Positions 24,343 through 37,968 of a DNA stretch of 64,000 bases are shown here, one piece after another. Within the stretch, counting starts at the first letter, position 1. Each line of letters starts with the position of its first letter. The notes beneath the pieces were generated by a model. The model was not told where the DNA came from, did no database searches, and saw nothing but the letters and a program-made list of their open reading frames with translations. The position numbers and the translations under genes are program-made. Location: NCBI GenBank assembly GCA_051362555.1, contig CM120641.1, forward strand, positions 12,586,001 through 12,650,000, in the 5' to 3' direction. This DNA comes from Lingula anatina. Lineage: Eukaryota > Animalia > Brachiopoda.

Positions 24343-24664
24343 GTAGGGATATGGTTTAAGTTCTCTCTCAATTCCTATTTAATAGAACCGCTTCCAGTTA
24401 CTGCATAGATAACTCATTTGGCTATTGTGACAGAATGAGTAAAATTTATACTCTATCCAACTTTATTCAGTCTAATATCTAGACCAACATCTTTTGATAG
24501 ATGGTGGCTGTGTTATTTATATATTTATATATTGTCTCAGTTTATAGTGCAGTAATCTTCATAAAGACTAAAACATGATTTACTGTTGGGTTTCTTAATG
24601 TATTTTTCTAAAATGTATCCCTTATGACTGTGAAAGAACTTTGTATGTCATTTTCTGTACATAG

Positions 24665-24813
24665 CCTGAGGAAGAAGAGGTACCAGTTGAAGTCACAGTT
24701 CCTGTAGAAGCCCCTGTAATTGTAGAGAAACCCGAGGAACAGGAAGTGACAGAGGGCACCACTGTGGAGATTGTCTGCAAGGTGAAAGGTCAACCCAAAC
24801 CAGAGATTAAATG
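24665..24813 (+). CDS. Linker plus Ig N-terminal half
   Basis: EAPVIVEKPEEQEVTEGTTVEIVCKVKGQPKPEIKW; canonical splice sites. Confidence 0.87.
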
Positions 24814-25087
24814 GTTAGTTAATATTTTTTTATATCTTGAGCTTATTTTAAAACATACAAAACTAAAATATGATTTTAAACATTGAGACATTTTATATTA
24901 ACACTGCCAATAGTCTTTTTGTAATTTTTGTGTACTTTGTGCATTTCTGTCTGTTCCATATCTCATTCAACAGTCTTTAAACCACTGGCATTGAGCAAGT
25001 ATGTATTCTGTAGCTCCTAGATTTAACAACATAACATTGAAAGGCGGTTTTATATATTCTAATTTGCATATATTTCCTAAATTTTAG

Positions 25088-25269
25088 GCTTCAAGATGAT
25101 TCAGAGATCCAGCCCAGTGAGCATTTCACCATGTCAGTGCAGGAAGATGGTACTGCCTCTCTCACCATTGTGGAAGCTACCTTGGATGATGATGCTGAAT
25201 ACACCTGTGTAGCCACCAATGAGGCTGGTACCACACAGGCCAAGACTGAGCTGTTTGTCAATCCTTTAG
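25088..25269 (+). CDS. Ig C-terminal half
   Basis: GTASLTIVEATLDDDAEYTCVATNEAG; canonical splice sites. Confidence 0.88.
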
Positions 25270-25858
25270 GTAAGTCAGTTTCCCTTGTGGTGGGGTGTGA
25301 TAACAGTGTGATTGTATTGGTTAACTAAACCCAGGACAAATGGGCTGTTTGTACATGTAAGTCCTTGTGTAGCCAGATGTGGGGTATTAAGACATGGGCC
25401 ATAACTGACTGTTTTAATCCATCTAGGTAATTCAGCTGGACTTAGGATGAGATGTGGTGAGACTATGATTGTAGGGCTGATTAATTCAGGACTTAAGAAA
25501 ATTACTTGCTGGTTCCTCTGGTAAAGGATTTGCAGTCCTGAAGTGTGTTTAGCATTTAGTCATCTGTGACAGTGTAATTGAAGATAAGCCTGTGATAATG
25601 TCACTTACAAGTGAAAAGCAATTGTTGTGGCCTTCATTTTTTTCAAAATTTCACTTACAAAGCATTACATTAAGCTGTTTTTTTTTTTTTGTTTTTTTTA
25701 ATAAAGGGTTATTTTAGTGACAAGATTTGATCTAAAAAAAAAGCTCTTCCCAAAAGAAGTAGGACTTTTTTCAGCCCAAAATGAGACCTTATTTTTCAAA
25801 TGAAAATGTGCTGATTGTGTTAGGTGTGCTTCAAAACCACACGCACATTGTGTTTTAG

Positions 25859-26006
25859 GTGAAAAGCCTTCCTTCCCAAGCAAGCTTGAGGATGTGGAGG
25901 TGGATGTAGGCAGCACCATTACACTGGAGTGCACAGTGCATGGTGAGCCCCAACCCAAGATTACATGGCTCAAGGATGGGGTGAAGATCTCCGAGAAAAA
26001 ATACAA
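25859..26006 (+). CDS. Ig N-terminal half
   Basis: KPSFPSKLEDVEVDVGSTITLECTVHGEPQPKITWLKDG; canonical splice sites. Confidence 0.88.
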
Positions 26007-26226
26007 GTAAGGCACCAGTTTAAAAGATTAAAGACAGGTTTTATATTTATGTTAAGTTACTTCCTTTAAACAAATCTTGCATATGTGATGAATTATATTG
26101 CCAGGCAATGGGCTGGTGATTGTAACAGTTTTATTATGTTACTTATTAAACTGTATGTAGCTTACAGCAAAGTAATCAGGTGCTTTTAAAAAATTTCTTG
26201 AAAGTAACCATGTTTATTATTCTCAG

Positions 26227-26648
26227 GTCTGAGTTTGACACTGAGACTGGTGTGGCGAGACTGACAATCCCAGAATGCTCTCCTGATGATGAGGGTGACT
26301 TCACAGTCAAAGCCATCAATGATCTGGGCACTGCAACCTGCGCCTCTATGGTCATCATCATGACAGAGGCACCAGAGTTTGTCCAGCCAATCGAAGACCA
26401 GAAAGCTGCTGTCAAGACCACAGCACGCTTTGAGTGCCGTGTGACTGGAAAACCAGCTCCAACTATAAGGTGGTTTGCTGGGCAAGTAGAGCTAGCAGAC
26501 AATCACAAATTCAAAACAAAACAGGAGGATGACATGGCCATCTTAGAAATTCACAATGTGTCGCTGGACGATGCTGACATGTCGTACACTGTCAGAGCAT
26601 ACAACGTGGCTGGAGAGGCATCCATGACTGCCAACCTAGCAGTGGAAG
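26227..26648 (+). CDS. Ig C-terminal half plus a complete Ig
   Basis: ARLTIPECSPDDEGDFTVKAIN...APEFVQPIEDQ...ARFECRVTGKPAPTIRWF; canonical splice sites. Confidence 0.9.
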
Positions 26649-29600
26649 GTTCGTGGAGAAACTTTGATTACAAATTTAACGAGCATGATGGGTACTTATG
26701 AATGGGTCTTATCACAAATGTTGTGGCTTTGCTATTTTTAATATACATGCCTTTTGTTATTAGATCTCTCTTTTTTTCTATCTTTTCATGATCTCAGCAT
26801 AATATTTTGTTGCCTATGTTTCAAATCCTGCTCGTTATGTTTTATGATAAGATTTGGTTTCTGTGGAACCCACTGCTTTGTCTTGGAAAGGGGGCACATT
26901 TGTTACATCTCTTGCCTTTGAAACTGACCCATCCTTGCCTCAATCATCAGTATTGCGCATGTGTTGACTTAATTGTCTTGTTTTGATACTTGGTTTTACC
27001 AGTGCATGTAATGTTCAGACGCTTTTTGGTTGGCTGTTTCACTTGTTATGTCAGCAACAATGCAAAGGCATGTAAAAAGCATTGATTTGTGTTTTGTATT
27101 GGTAATTGTGAAAAGATATTATAATACATAGATTTTGGCTACTAGTAGATTGAATTGTTGAAATGTTTTTAGAATTTCCTTGAGGGTAGGTTTTACAGCA
27201 GCATTACTCCAATATATAAATTCATTATCTTTATTACCATTTTATGTATGGCCATTATTTGTATAATGTTTAGTATTTGACAAAATCTGCTTTTTGGATA
27301 TATTAACTCAATGTTGTGTATATATATTTAGTGGAAGGGCAATGTGTAATTGTTACTGTCATATAGCTATCTCATTTGTACAACTGCATATGCAGTAGAA
27401 TCATTTTTGTACATTTTGCCAAATGCATTTTTGCTTTTACAATTTAAACTTTAAAATGACAATGAGCTATTTTTGCCAGAAAAGTTTAAAAGGCATTAAA
27501 AAACTTTTCTTTACCTAAACATCAATGTCAGCAGTATCTGTTCAATTGAAATTATCAAGTACAGATATCAAATAAAAGCAGAAATATGCATGAACCAATT
27601 TGTGTGTGGCTTGTTGTTGTACTGAAATTCTTTGTATCTTTAACCTGTTCTTATTGGTTCATTTCATTGCTCTAAGTCTCTGCTTTCCCCTCTCACCTGT
27701 CCTTTTCCATCAAATAGCAAAGGATCGGTTTGCAAAATATGAAACGGTGGTGATTTTTTCTTTAGTACATGGCCATAAAGGTGAAACAATATTCTTTTGG
27801 GGTCAAGGAAAAAGTTCCTTGATTATATTTCAAGTTTCCTTAGTCCAACAGAATTTTACGACACCTGTGAATCCCAATATGGCCATTTACATGAAATAGA
27901 TTAGAGGCTGACTTCAGGTAAAGAGAATGAAGACACTTTTTCACCTGCATTAATTTTTTTTTTTTTGTTACCTTATCCTATTTGACAGTGTGCATGTACA
28001 ATGCTAGTGGTTTTAGTTGCTGCATTACCTCTAATGGGTTTGTTATGATTGTCTCCTAATCTTTCAACACAATAATGCATGTGAATAATTGGTGTGCACA
28101 TAATATAAGCGGGTGTATTGTAGACTCTTGGTTTAGCAGATTTGTGTCCCTTGTTTGATGTCTTTTATAATTGTAATTTGTCAGTATACATGTGGTTTTT
28201 TATTATTGATGGTATTCAGCAAACTGGGGATACATCTGTTAACCAAGCCATTGCATATATTGCAGTATAACTTATATCTTTCTCTGTCTTAGCTAGAAAA
28301 AAATAATTGAACTATAAATGTGATAATTAAAATGCATTGAAAAATGGTTGAGTCACTGAGTTCCTCGTTTTTCTGAATGGGGTCATTGTTATTAGTTATG
28401 TTTTATCAATGCATTTTAATGAATTATGACATGTCAAATTTATCACTCATGTAATTTTATGAAATTTATTAGTCATTCAGTAAAATTAATATATATCCAA
28501 TTTTTTAAATCTATTTCTGGATGTCTGACAGACATTATAATCCAGAAATAGATTTTAAAGAATTGTGCATTTTATCAATCACATATTAAATCTAATCCTA
28601 CTACCACAATAATGAGCTCTGCATGACACGAAATCATCTTTTATCTTCTGTTTACCCGGTTACTGTGTTGGTTTAACCTATTTTTTTCACAAATCACAAT
28701 CTGTATTCTTCACAACTGTTTTTAACTCTGTGAATTCAGTACAGACAACAATCCACCCACTGTGAGTGCATCAGAGTGTGTAGAGCACCACTGTAGTGAA
28801 GACCATAGCAGTTTGCATGGAGTAACAGTTATCAGAGTAGTGTGACTGATATGTGATGCCAAGATATAATGAGTTTGATTCACAGATGTGTTATTTTAAT
28901 GAGCATGGCATGCAAATATGTGGTAGACACGGCTGTTCATTCATGGTATGCCATATAGTGTAGTTGACTCATAACATGTATGTTATGTAATTGGGTATAA
29001 ATGTGAGATCTTTGTGGTACACTGTGGTATGTAATTCAGAACCGGTAAAATGTTATACCTTAACTGCACAAGTGTGTTATGATATTGTTATAGCATTTGT
29101 TGGTATAATGCTATATTATAGCACAATGTATAACCATATAATGCACAAGTGTGGTAAGTTTGACAAATCTTTTGTGCCACACAATGATGCATATATTTTT
29201 GTAGAATAGTGTTGTATGTGTATGTTTGTAGCCCATGTCTAATGTGGTGTAAAAGTCTCCCTTGGTGATTCATTTGTAGGTAACAGTAAAGCATGCAAGA
29301 TCTTGCTCTCTGTTTATGAAAGTTTGCCCCATGTGTGTTTGGTGTGCATGCATGTTGCAGTATGCCATAAGTGAGTTGGCACATATACTTTATACAATGG
29401 CTCACATAAAGTTTTTCTCCTGACTGATCCTTGACTATGTACTAATCCATAAACTAAGTTAATTCCAGCACCCTTTTTAAATAAAATTTTCTTGATAATA
29501 TTTATCTATGATAATAGTCTCTGCATAAGGGAAATAGTACTCTTAGCATACTGTTCAAAGCTATCAAATCTGACCTCTTTTGAAAATGCTGGATAATTTT

Positions 29601-29826
29601 TAATGAAATTAATAAAAAAAAATACATAAAACTTAATTTTCTTAAGACTTGATGCAGGAAAAAGGTTAAATATTGATTAGTTTCTGTCAGATAAAAAAAT
29701 GTAAATGTAATTGATATAAAAAATAAACAGGTATAATTCCAACATCCTTCGCCAGGCAAAAGATTTATTTCTCAACCTAGCAAATCATTTTCATTTTCTA
29801 AAGTCAGTTTAAACTAAAACTTTCAG

Positions 29827-30111
29827 TTCCTGCAAAGGTACTCCAAGGGCCATCCTTTCCTTTACAAGTGGCCCCATCATCCACGGCCCAGCTCCCTTGT
29901 GCCATACAAGGGATACCTGCCCCTGCAGTCACATGGTTCAAGGGGGGTCATCCCCTGGGCTCCGACGCTAAATATCAGATTAAGACCACCAATGAGGTCA
30001 CCACATTGGTCATCTGCGATGTCCAGCCCAGTGACTGGGCCGAGTACACGCTTAAGGTTGAGAACTCGACTGGTAGAGACAGTTTCAGTGTTGTTCTGGA
30101 AGCACCTGATG
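29827..30111 (+). CDS. Isolated symmetric Ig exon (probable cassette)
   Basis: tttcag| ... |gtgagc; 285 nt, phase 1-1; AQLPCAIQGIPAPAVTWFKGG...DWAEYTLKVEN. Confidence 0.8.
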
Positions 30112-31681
30112 GTGAGCTGAGAGTTTAATGATATGTATTGTATATAGGCTGGGGTGATTTGTAGTTGCTCTGTCTGTCCGAGTCCTTGCACCAACAAAGT
30201 GGAAACATTTATTATATACAGCACAGTTTTGAGTAGTTTTGATAAGGCACAATTGTTTCACAATTAGGTGAAATGTTGTTTCACACATTAATACACTGAA
30301 ATAAAGACGGTTAAAATACAAATTAGAATTACATCAGATTGACACAATTTAGTTTAGTTAGAGAAACACATTTTGAGGTGTGATTAGTCTTTGAAGCACC
30401 AGGTTAGCAGTTTGCTTTATTTTTAGCCCTAAAAAAAAGTTAAGACATTCCTCAGAAGGTCATGACTAGAAATTTATTTTACTGATTTATTTTGAAATCA
30501 AATAACTTGATATTTAGATGTGAGATGAAAGAAACAAAAAATAACCCATCTTTTTCAGTATATTTGTCTGTAATTGAGCTAAAATATTTGATTGCTTCGT
30601 GTTAAAAATGGCACTACATGGTCAATTAATTGATCAGTTTGGTGATTACAAAAAGGGTTTTCTCAATGGTATATTAATATAACTATTATACTCACTGCCA
30701 AGTAAAATATTTTACCTAACAAAATTTTTCAGCTCTAAATATATTTCCCTTTCTCATGATGACCTACTCTACCACCACCCTCACTTCACTTTCCCTTGAA
30801 AACTAGCACACAATATTGCAAGCAGTGATCTGACAAGTGATTAGTAGAAAGTGAATGGCACACCTTCAATTAGGAGGTTGTATTTGTTTGTATAGCCGCT
30901 GTTTGCCTTGAAATCATGATCTATGATTGAATAACACTGGTGCTTGCAAAGCAAATAGCCATACAAAGACTGGAGGGTAAACATGTGAGGCACCCTAATT
31001 GCACATGGGTGGATAAGTCCTTTTATTTCAAGTGATACTGGGGGAATACTTGAAAGGTCAGAAAGGGGGAATGCAAAAATTTACTAAACCTTGACCACAC
31101 ATAAGTTAGCTCCCATTTCCATAAACGCCACACACCCAGGCATGCTTATGAACTGAGACATATTTTCAGTAAAGGGCCCTTGACGCTTGGACAAGTTTCA
31201 ATATGGGAAGATATTTGCACGCATTGGATCTTTGCATTCAGGAAGTGTTGATCGTATCACACCCTGGGGTGTAGGAAAAATGTGGACTTAACATGCTTGG
31301 TGCCAAGTTAAAGTGTGCTGTGTTAAAACATGGATGTGCATGAGGGGAGAGTTTTAAGTGAGGTGCAAGGTGTTGCATGTATTACCTATAATTGTGGTGC
31401 CCTACCACAGTGCTTAGAGTTATGATTGTCCCAACATCTTATTGTCATGTAACACTCAAGACAAGCTTGGCAATAGAGAGCTTGCAATTGGAATTTTGGC
31501 ATCATGCAAAAATTCATTCCAATTATGATGGTAAGTCTATAAAAAAGTACTCGCACAATTGATTGTCATGTGTGTTTAATTGGTTTCCTTTTGATAAGTT
31601 GTTATGATGCATAAATATATGTAATAGAAATTGATTTGTATGATGAAACTGTATTTTATGTATGGTTTGCTGACATTTCAG

Positions 31682-31761
31682 AAAAAGAAAAAGAAGTAGT
31701 GGAAGAGAAACCTGAAACTGGTGTAGCTCCAGAGTTTGTTCTCACCATCAAATCAACCAAG
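31682..31761 (+). CDS. Linker plus Ig start
   Basis: tttcag| ... |gtaata; KEKEVVEEKPETGVAPEFVLTIKSTK. Confidence 0.83.
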
Positions 31762-32109
31762 GTAATAAGAACACATGATACTAAATTATTGCATTTTTGG
31801 ATTAGCTGATGTGCAATTTTGCAAAACAAGAAAAAAATTCATGTTGAGAAATTTCAGTGGACATTGGTTTGACTCATCTTAATTTTCACATGCTCATTCA
31901 AAGATGTGCTATTAGTTTTCTTATCATTTTAAAATCTAACTATTTTCATGAAAGGGTAGCAGTTATATATTATGAGTATAACCCCTACTTTGCACCTGAT
32001 ATTAAAAATGAATACTTAACCCAGTCAGCAAACTGTTTAATGATGGTAACAAACTACAAATGCAAATGTGGTCAGCATTGACCAGAATACTGGCCATTAA
32101 AAAATCCAG

Positions 32110-32350
32110 GTAACAGAGGGGCAAACAGCAGACTTCAGCTGCAAGGTAACAGGTGAACCCACCCCAACCCTGCACTGGGTCTACAATGATAAGGAACTGG
32201 AAGATGAGGGCCGATTCATGATATTTGAGGAAGAAGAGCACCATCACCTGGAGATTTACGATGTGGTACCAGAGGATGCTGGCACCATCAAGGTCACAGC
32301 TGAGAACACAGCTGGGTCGGCTTCCTGCACTGCTACTCTAGATGTAGAAG
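32110..32350 (+). CDS. Ig exon
   Basis: VTEGQTADFSCKVTGEPTPTLHWVYND...LEIYDVVPEDAGTIKVTAEN. Confidence 0.87.
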
Positions 32351-32684
32351 GTACTTTTGTTCATCTGCAATGTTAGCCACTGGTTCTGCTTCAAAAGCCC
32401 CCAGGGCTTTATAACTTTTGTAACTTTTCAATAGTTTATTCAAGAAAAGATAAATGGGGTGAAATGTGGATTAAAAATTTATTGCTTTATGGTTGTCTTG
32501 TGTTATGATACTAATTTGATATAAGACATTTTATTTAAAGCATTTTTCAAATTATTTTAATTCCTCATGTCACACAGCTATACTTCTCCTTACCACCTTA
32601 TAGTATGATCCTGTCATTAAATTCATGTGCTGGCCACACCAGTCCCTTTATTTACGCTTTAAGTTAAAAACTTTATTATTCTAG

Positions 32685-32850
32685 AAAAACCCAAAGATAT
32701 ACCCACTCCTCCCAAGTTCATCGTGAACATTCAGACCACAGATGCCACAGTGGGAGAGCAGGCCAGTCTGAGGTGCCAGGCCAAGGGAGTGCCCACCCCT
32801 ACACTGGTCTGGTATAAAGATGGACGTGAAATTAGACCTGGAGATAACAG
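32685..32850 (+). CDS. Ig N-terminal half
   Basis: PPKFIVNIQTTDATVGEQASLRCQAKGVPTPTLVWYKDG; canonical splice sites. Confidence 0.87.
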
Positions 32851-33187
32851 GTGAGAGGGACAGAAGGAAATCAAATAGATGATTTTTATTTTCTATTTGT
32901 AAATTTGGTCTAAAATTTGCCACTTGTTTTGAGGATGACTCATTTAATTCAAACCAAATTGACTGATTTTATTCTCCATGGCTGTTGTAATCATTGGTTA
33001 TACATGTATCTGAAAAAGATGATTAAATATTTTGAAAAGCAAGTTGGTTTCCTGTCAGATACACTGTAGTATATTAGAATCTGGAAAACAGTGACATATT
33101 GAGATAAGTGAGTCATTTGAAATTTTTGAGTTACCATTTAAATATCTGTATGGCAAAAATGTTGACTTCTTACTTGATGTCCTTCAG

Positions 33188-33327
33188 GTACACTATCTCC
33201 TATGATGAAGATGGTACCACCACCTTAATGGTGATAGAAGTGGTGAGAGATGTGGCTGGTACATACACCTGTGAGGCCACCAACAAGGCTGGTAAAGATA
33301 CCACCACAGGAGACCTTAATGTACATG
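33188..33327 (+). CDS. Ig C-terminal half
   Basis: YTISYDEDGTTTLMVIEVVRDVAGTYTCEATNKAG. Confidence 0.87.
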
Positions 33328-33538
33328 GTAAGTACACATATACTTGAGAGGTACCTGGATATTTTTTAAGTAGTTTAGGGGTTTTTTCCATTATCTGTAT
33401 GTGTTTCTGTGCACTTATTAAATTTGATTAGGACTGGTAGTAATTTTAGGCCTACTAGTCTGAATATCCAGTGGGCTGAAACATATTTTTTTTGTTATTT
33501 TTATGATGTTCCATGCATGACAATTATTGTTTTTGCAG

Positions 33539-33682
33539 AAGTACCTATCCAGGAAGTTCCAGAGGAGGAAGTGGAGGAGATGGTTGCTCCAGTAATAGTG
33601 AAGAAACCTGATCAGCTTACTGTCAATGAAAAAGACAGGGCTGAGTTTATATGTAAAATCACTGGCACCCCTGCTCCACAAG
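33539..33682 (+). CDS. Linker plus Ig N-terminal half
   Basis: VAPVIVKKPDQLTVNEKDRAEFICKITGTPAPQ. Confidence 0.86.
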
Positions 33683-34008
33683 GTAAATGGCAATCCTTGA
33701 ATCAAGTATTATGTCCTGAAATAGTTTACTGTTACAAACAACTCCTTGATTTAGTTAAACTAAAAAAAAAAACTGCACAAGAAGTTAAGTTGCATTGGTG
33801 CTGGAAAGATGTTAGTTTATGCTATTTATTTAGCTGAGAGCAAACTTTTAGGGCAAAATGGTAGTGAAATGGAAGTTTCTTTTTTCAAAAACACACTTGT
33901 CTTGAAAAGGGAGATTTAATTTTTGCTTATTGCTGAAATATGATCATTGTCACCCAAGATTTTTTTTTTTTTTTGTATAAAAAGTATTTAAATTTTTTCC
34001 TTAAATAG

Positions 34009-34188
34009 TAACTTGGAGCAAAGGAGACGAAGAGCTCACAGACACCAACAAATACCACATAGAAGAGTATGAAGATGTGTACTGTTTTGAGATCAACCAA
34101 GCTATAAAAGAAGACACAGGGGATTATACATGTACTGCTAGAAATCCTGCTGGAGAGGCAACCTGCACCATCCCCCTTACTGTCAAAG
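34009..34188 (+). CDS. Ig C-terminal half
   Basis: VTWSKGDEELTDTNKY...FEINQAIKEDTGDYTCTARNPAG. Confidence 0.87.
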
Positions 34189-35333
34189 GTAGGATCTTCA
34201 TGTCTCAAAAATGTTTTGATTTAGTAGGACTAATTTAGACCAGAAGTAGACTTAATTGTGTTGCTAGATGTTGCCGGATGACCAGATTACACCAAAGAAC
34301 CTTATGACATCTAGCAACATCATGTAGCACACTTGAGTCATTTTCTGGTCCAGGTTAATGCTGATGTGAAAGAAGCTATTCTCAGGAGTGAACTCTGCTC
34401 TTGTAGTTATAGTGGCTGATTTCGAAAATGGAGTTAATAACTTTGTACTAGGAATCGTGGTTGTTTTGGAAGTGGAAAGACACCATATATCAAGGATTGA
34501 TGGCAAATTGCATATTTTTATTGTATTCATATTGTGCTTGAATTCCCTAATATATGGTATCTGAAAATTAGTAATTGCAGTGTTAGCACTGGTATGAAGT
34601 GGTTTTTGGCTGAAGCAGAGTGCATTTTTCCTGCTCTCAAAGTCTTGGCATTTTCAGAAACATGATTGTACAATCATCTTATGTATAATTTGGCATTTGG
34701 TAATGTTTCTTCAATTAAAAAAGTGAGAATTCATGTGTAGGTTATGCAAAGGAGAAGAAATAGAAATCATTCTTCCAACTTTCTTTGTCTCAGTTCACAT
34801 CCCTGACACAGAAATATATCCAAAGGAATTTGATACGTGCATTTATAACAGCAGTAGACTCTCTGTACCTGTAGTTGCTAAGATATTATCATATCAGTTT
34901 CCTTATTACTTGAATGTAGCCATGATACCATTTCACTATCTCTTGGAATGTTGAAATTGTGAGATAAAAACTGTATCAGCACAAATTCTTGATCTCACTT
35001 TTGAATGCCCAGAAGCAAATGCCTACTCTTGAATGATCCAGTAACAATGTCTTATGCATTGTTGAGACTGATCTGACATCTTTTTTTCTGGAAAAAGAAA
35101 AAAAGTTTCATAGTTGAAACATTGAAAAATTAGTTTAATGACATTTTTTGTTTAAATTTATAAAAATATGGAGCACAAATATTTGTAGATTGTAAGATGA
35201 AGATGTCAGCACAGGAAGATGGTTTTTGAAATTTTTAAATCCACAGCATTAACTGTATTCTGAACTAAAAGATTCTGAATTTCACTGTTTACATATGAAC
35301 CTTTTTACAACCTTGGACCCCTAAACTTTACAG

Positions 35334-35372
35334 CTGTCCCGAGTGAAGAGCTAGAAGAAGTGCCACCCAAGG
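35334..35372 (+). CDS. Candidate 39-nt microexon (AVPSEELEEVPPK)
   Basis: tttacag| ... G|gtaagc; phase 1-1; PEVK-like composition. Confidence 0.65.
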
Positions 35373-37049
35373 GTAAGCCTATAGGCTACAAAGGAGACTG
35401 GCTTGGTTTTTCTACAGGGTGTGGCATAGATGCATGCAAACTGGCAAAATGAGTTTTACTTATAGGGTGACAGCAAAAGAGTTAAAAAAATCATGCTGTA
35501 TCAGGATATGGGAAACGCCTTTATCTGAAATTGTCATATTTAGAATATTGTTTTTTTTTAATTTCATAAATTATAATGAAAAAGGGTTTCTTTGCTGTCA
35601 CATGATATCACATTTTGCTAGTAATTTGGCTGAGGTCATGGCAAAACGAAGGGAGCAAGTAGACTTGTTGATCTTTCTTATTCTACTTTGACCTCAGTAG
35701 AGACTAAATAAATGTTGATTTTATTCCAGCAGTGTTTTCTCCCTAAGAGTGGCAGCATGTGTGCACCCCACCCCCATCTTGTCTTGTTTGAAATTACCCC
35801 CCACCCCATTCCCCCACTGTATTCCAGCTGAATGTTTGTAGATCTGTTTAAACACGACTATAGACAGTATTTGCTCAAAATATCCTTGTCGGTAACAAAA
35901 TCATTTATTCAAATTTTTAAAAAGCTGAATGCTCTAATTTCTTATTTTTATTTATCATTTTGTTATATTTTTTGCTGGTTATCCAGAGTTTATATGGGCA
36001 CAGTGTTATGTTGAGAAGGATATTTTGCTTCTTTGGGTTGTTTAAAAGCTGTTGTTTAGCAAAAAGCATGAAAGACCATTTGTTTTTCAGATGTTTTTGA
36101 AATTTACATGTATATCTACAGATGTTGATATTTGCCTACAATTGTCAAAGGCCGCATTCAGTTTTAGCAGTTTCAGTCCTTACATAAGAAATATATTTTT
36201 ATTGTACCCCTTTGAGTCAAGCAGTGAGTAGAATGAGACTTGCACAGGATTGCACATGGATTACCTGCTTGCAATTGGCAAATCTAAGCAATTGCTTTTT
36301 TGCTGGGGTAAAACAAAAACACATATTGTAAAAACTGCCCTGAATGCGGTCATGTATTTTATTTGGTTGCTTACAATACTGTTAGCTAAATGCATGAATT
36401 GTTTCTCAACATCCTAGCTTGGTTTTCTTCTTGTTATCCATCATAGGTGTTTTGGCTAGATAGTTTGTCGTTAGAAACTAGAATTTAGGGAATTATATCG
36501 GGCATATTAGATATACATAGAATAGAAGTAATGAATACTGTTAGAATGACATTTTAGTTTAATGGGATTTTGTTAATCTTTTCTTCCCTTATACCCTTTT
36601 GGTTGCTTGTGACTTCTGTACATAAATTATATCTTTATACATTATTGAACTGTAATGATAGTTTTAGTGTGTATCTGTCCAATTTTTCTATTTATCTTGT
36701 CATGTGGCCAATAATTTATTATATTAATATATTTGAATTGGTATACATATATAAAATAAAATAAAATTCTGCATTATTTAGAACTATTCTTGTTTAATCT
36801 CTTTCAATGTCCCTTCCTTTAAAAGCTTTACAGTAAACTTTTAAACTGAGGGACAATTGTATGATGCATTTTGATTTCCATTTTCCATCGCTTTACACTT
36901 TTGATACTTTCCACTATTTTCATGACACTGCTATGAGCATACAACACTATGGCTTACATTGCTCTCAAATATTATGAACGTTGTGCTTTTCCCATGCCTA
37001 CCTGAAACTCTTTGTTGTAGCTCTTAATTTTTCTTTATTCTCTCCTCAG

Positions 37050-37147
37050 TCCCTGAGAAGGAGGAAGATCTGTCCAAGTCACCATTGGTACTCAGACATG
37101 CAGAACAGACCAAAGCTCCTGAGTTCTCTCAGACTTTACAAGATGTG
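37050..37147 (+). CDS. Linker plus Ig start
   Basis: Long pyrimidine tract, cctcag| ... |gtaagg; KAPEFSQTLQDV. Confidence 0.83.
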
Positions 37148-37471
37148 GTAAGGGTGTTACTTTCTTTTTTTTAATATTTATCACTATTATTGTACATCTG
37201 GATTATTATTATTTTTATCACATAAATTATTTTAATAATATATTAAAATTGTTGCTACTTTGTAGAATATATATGTGACAATATATTAGTATTTTGAACA
37301 ATGATTAGTTTATTGAAATAGTCCCTTGAAAAACGAAAATTTTAAGTTAAATTGTGATACATAGATATCAAGTTCTTCTTCTTCATCTTATATATATCTT
37401 AATTGTTTTCCAAATGTATTGTTTAATTATGTTGGATTTAACAAATTAAATTGTATTATTTTATATTCTAG

Positions 37472-37548
37472 ATCCTAATGGAAGGAGATCAACTTGAGCT
37501 GCAATGTGCAGTGAGTGGTGTACCTAGACCAGAGGTGGCATGGGACAG
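37472..37548 (+). CDS. Ig middle exon
   Basis: ILMEGDQLELQCAVSGVPRPEVAWD. Confidence 0.83.
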
Positions 37549-37968
37549 GTAGGCTAGGATTTTATAGCATTACTATCATATTATTGCTGCCTTTTGTTGT
37601 GCATGGATTGTGGTAATAACTCAATCTTTTCAATTGGTTGAAAATTACCAAACTTTCTTACATAATTTTGTAATCATGCTACCATTTAGTAGGAATGTTT
37701 TATTTTTAAAAATCATGACAAAAACAGTATATATAAAATTCACAATTTTACCCCAGAGTAAAAGTGATTTCTTTGTGATAAATTTATGTTTCTTACAAGG
37801 ACATTTTAAGTGATGAATCGATGGTGGATGGGCAGGCGATCAGGCTTGAATAGTTGCTTGTTTACCAGATTGCCAATGTAATCTGCTCTGGAAACATTTC
37901 TTGCAAGAAATATCCAGTTAGGCTATCAGATAGATACAGAGTATTGTAATCTTTTTTGCTCCTGGCAG

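Noticed and set aside
26700-29800. Short hydrophobic ORFs in long introns (also 34200-37000 and 50700-54100)
   Set aside because: AT-rich chance ORFs with no recognisable domains or matching splice sites.
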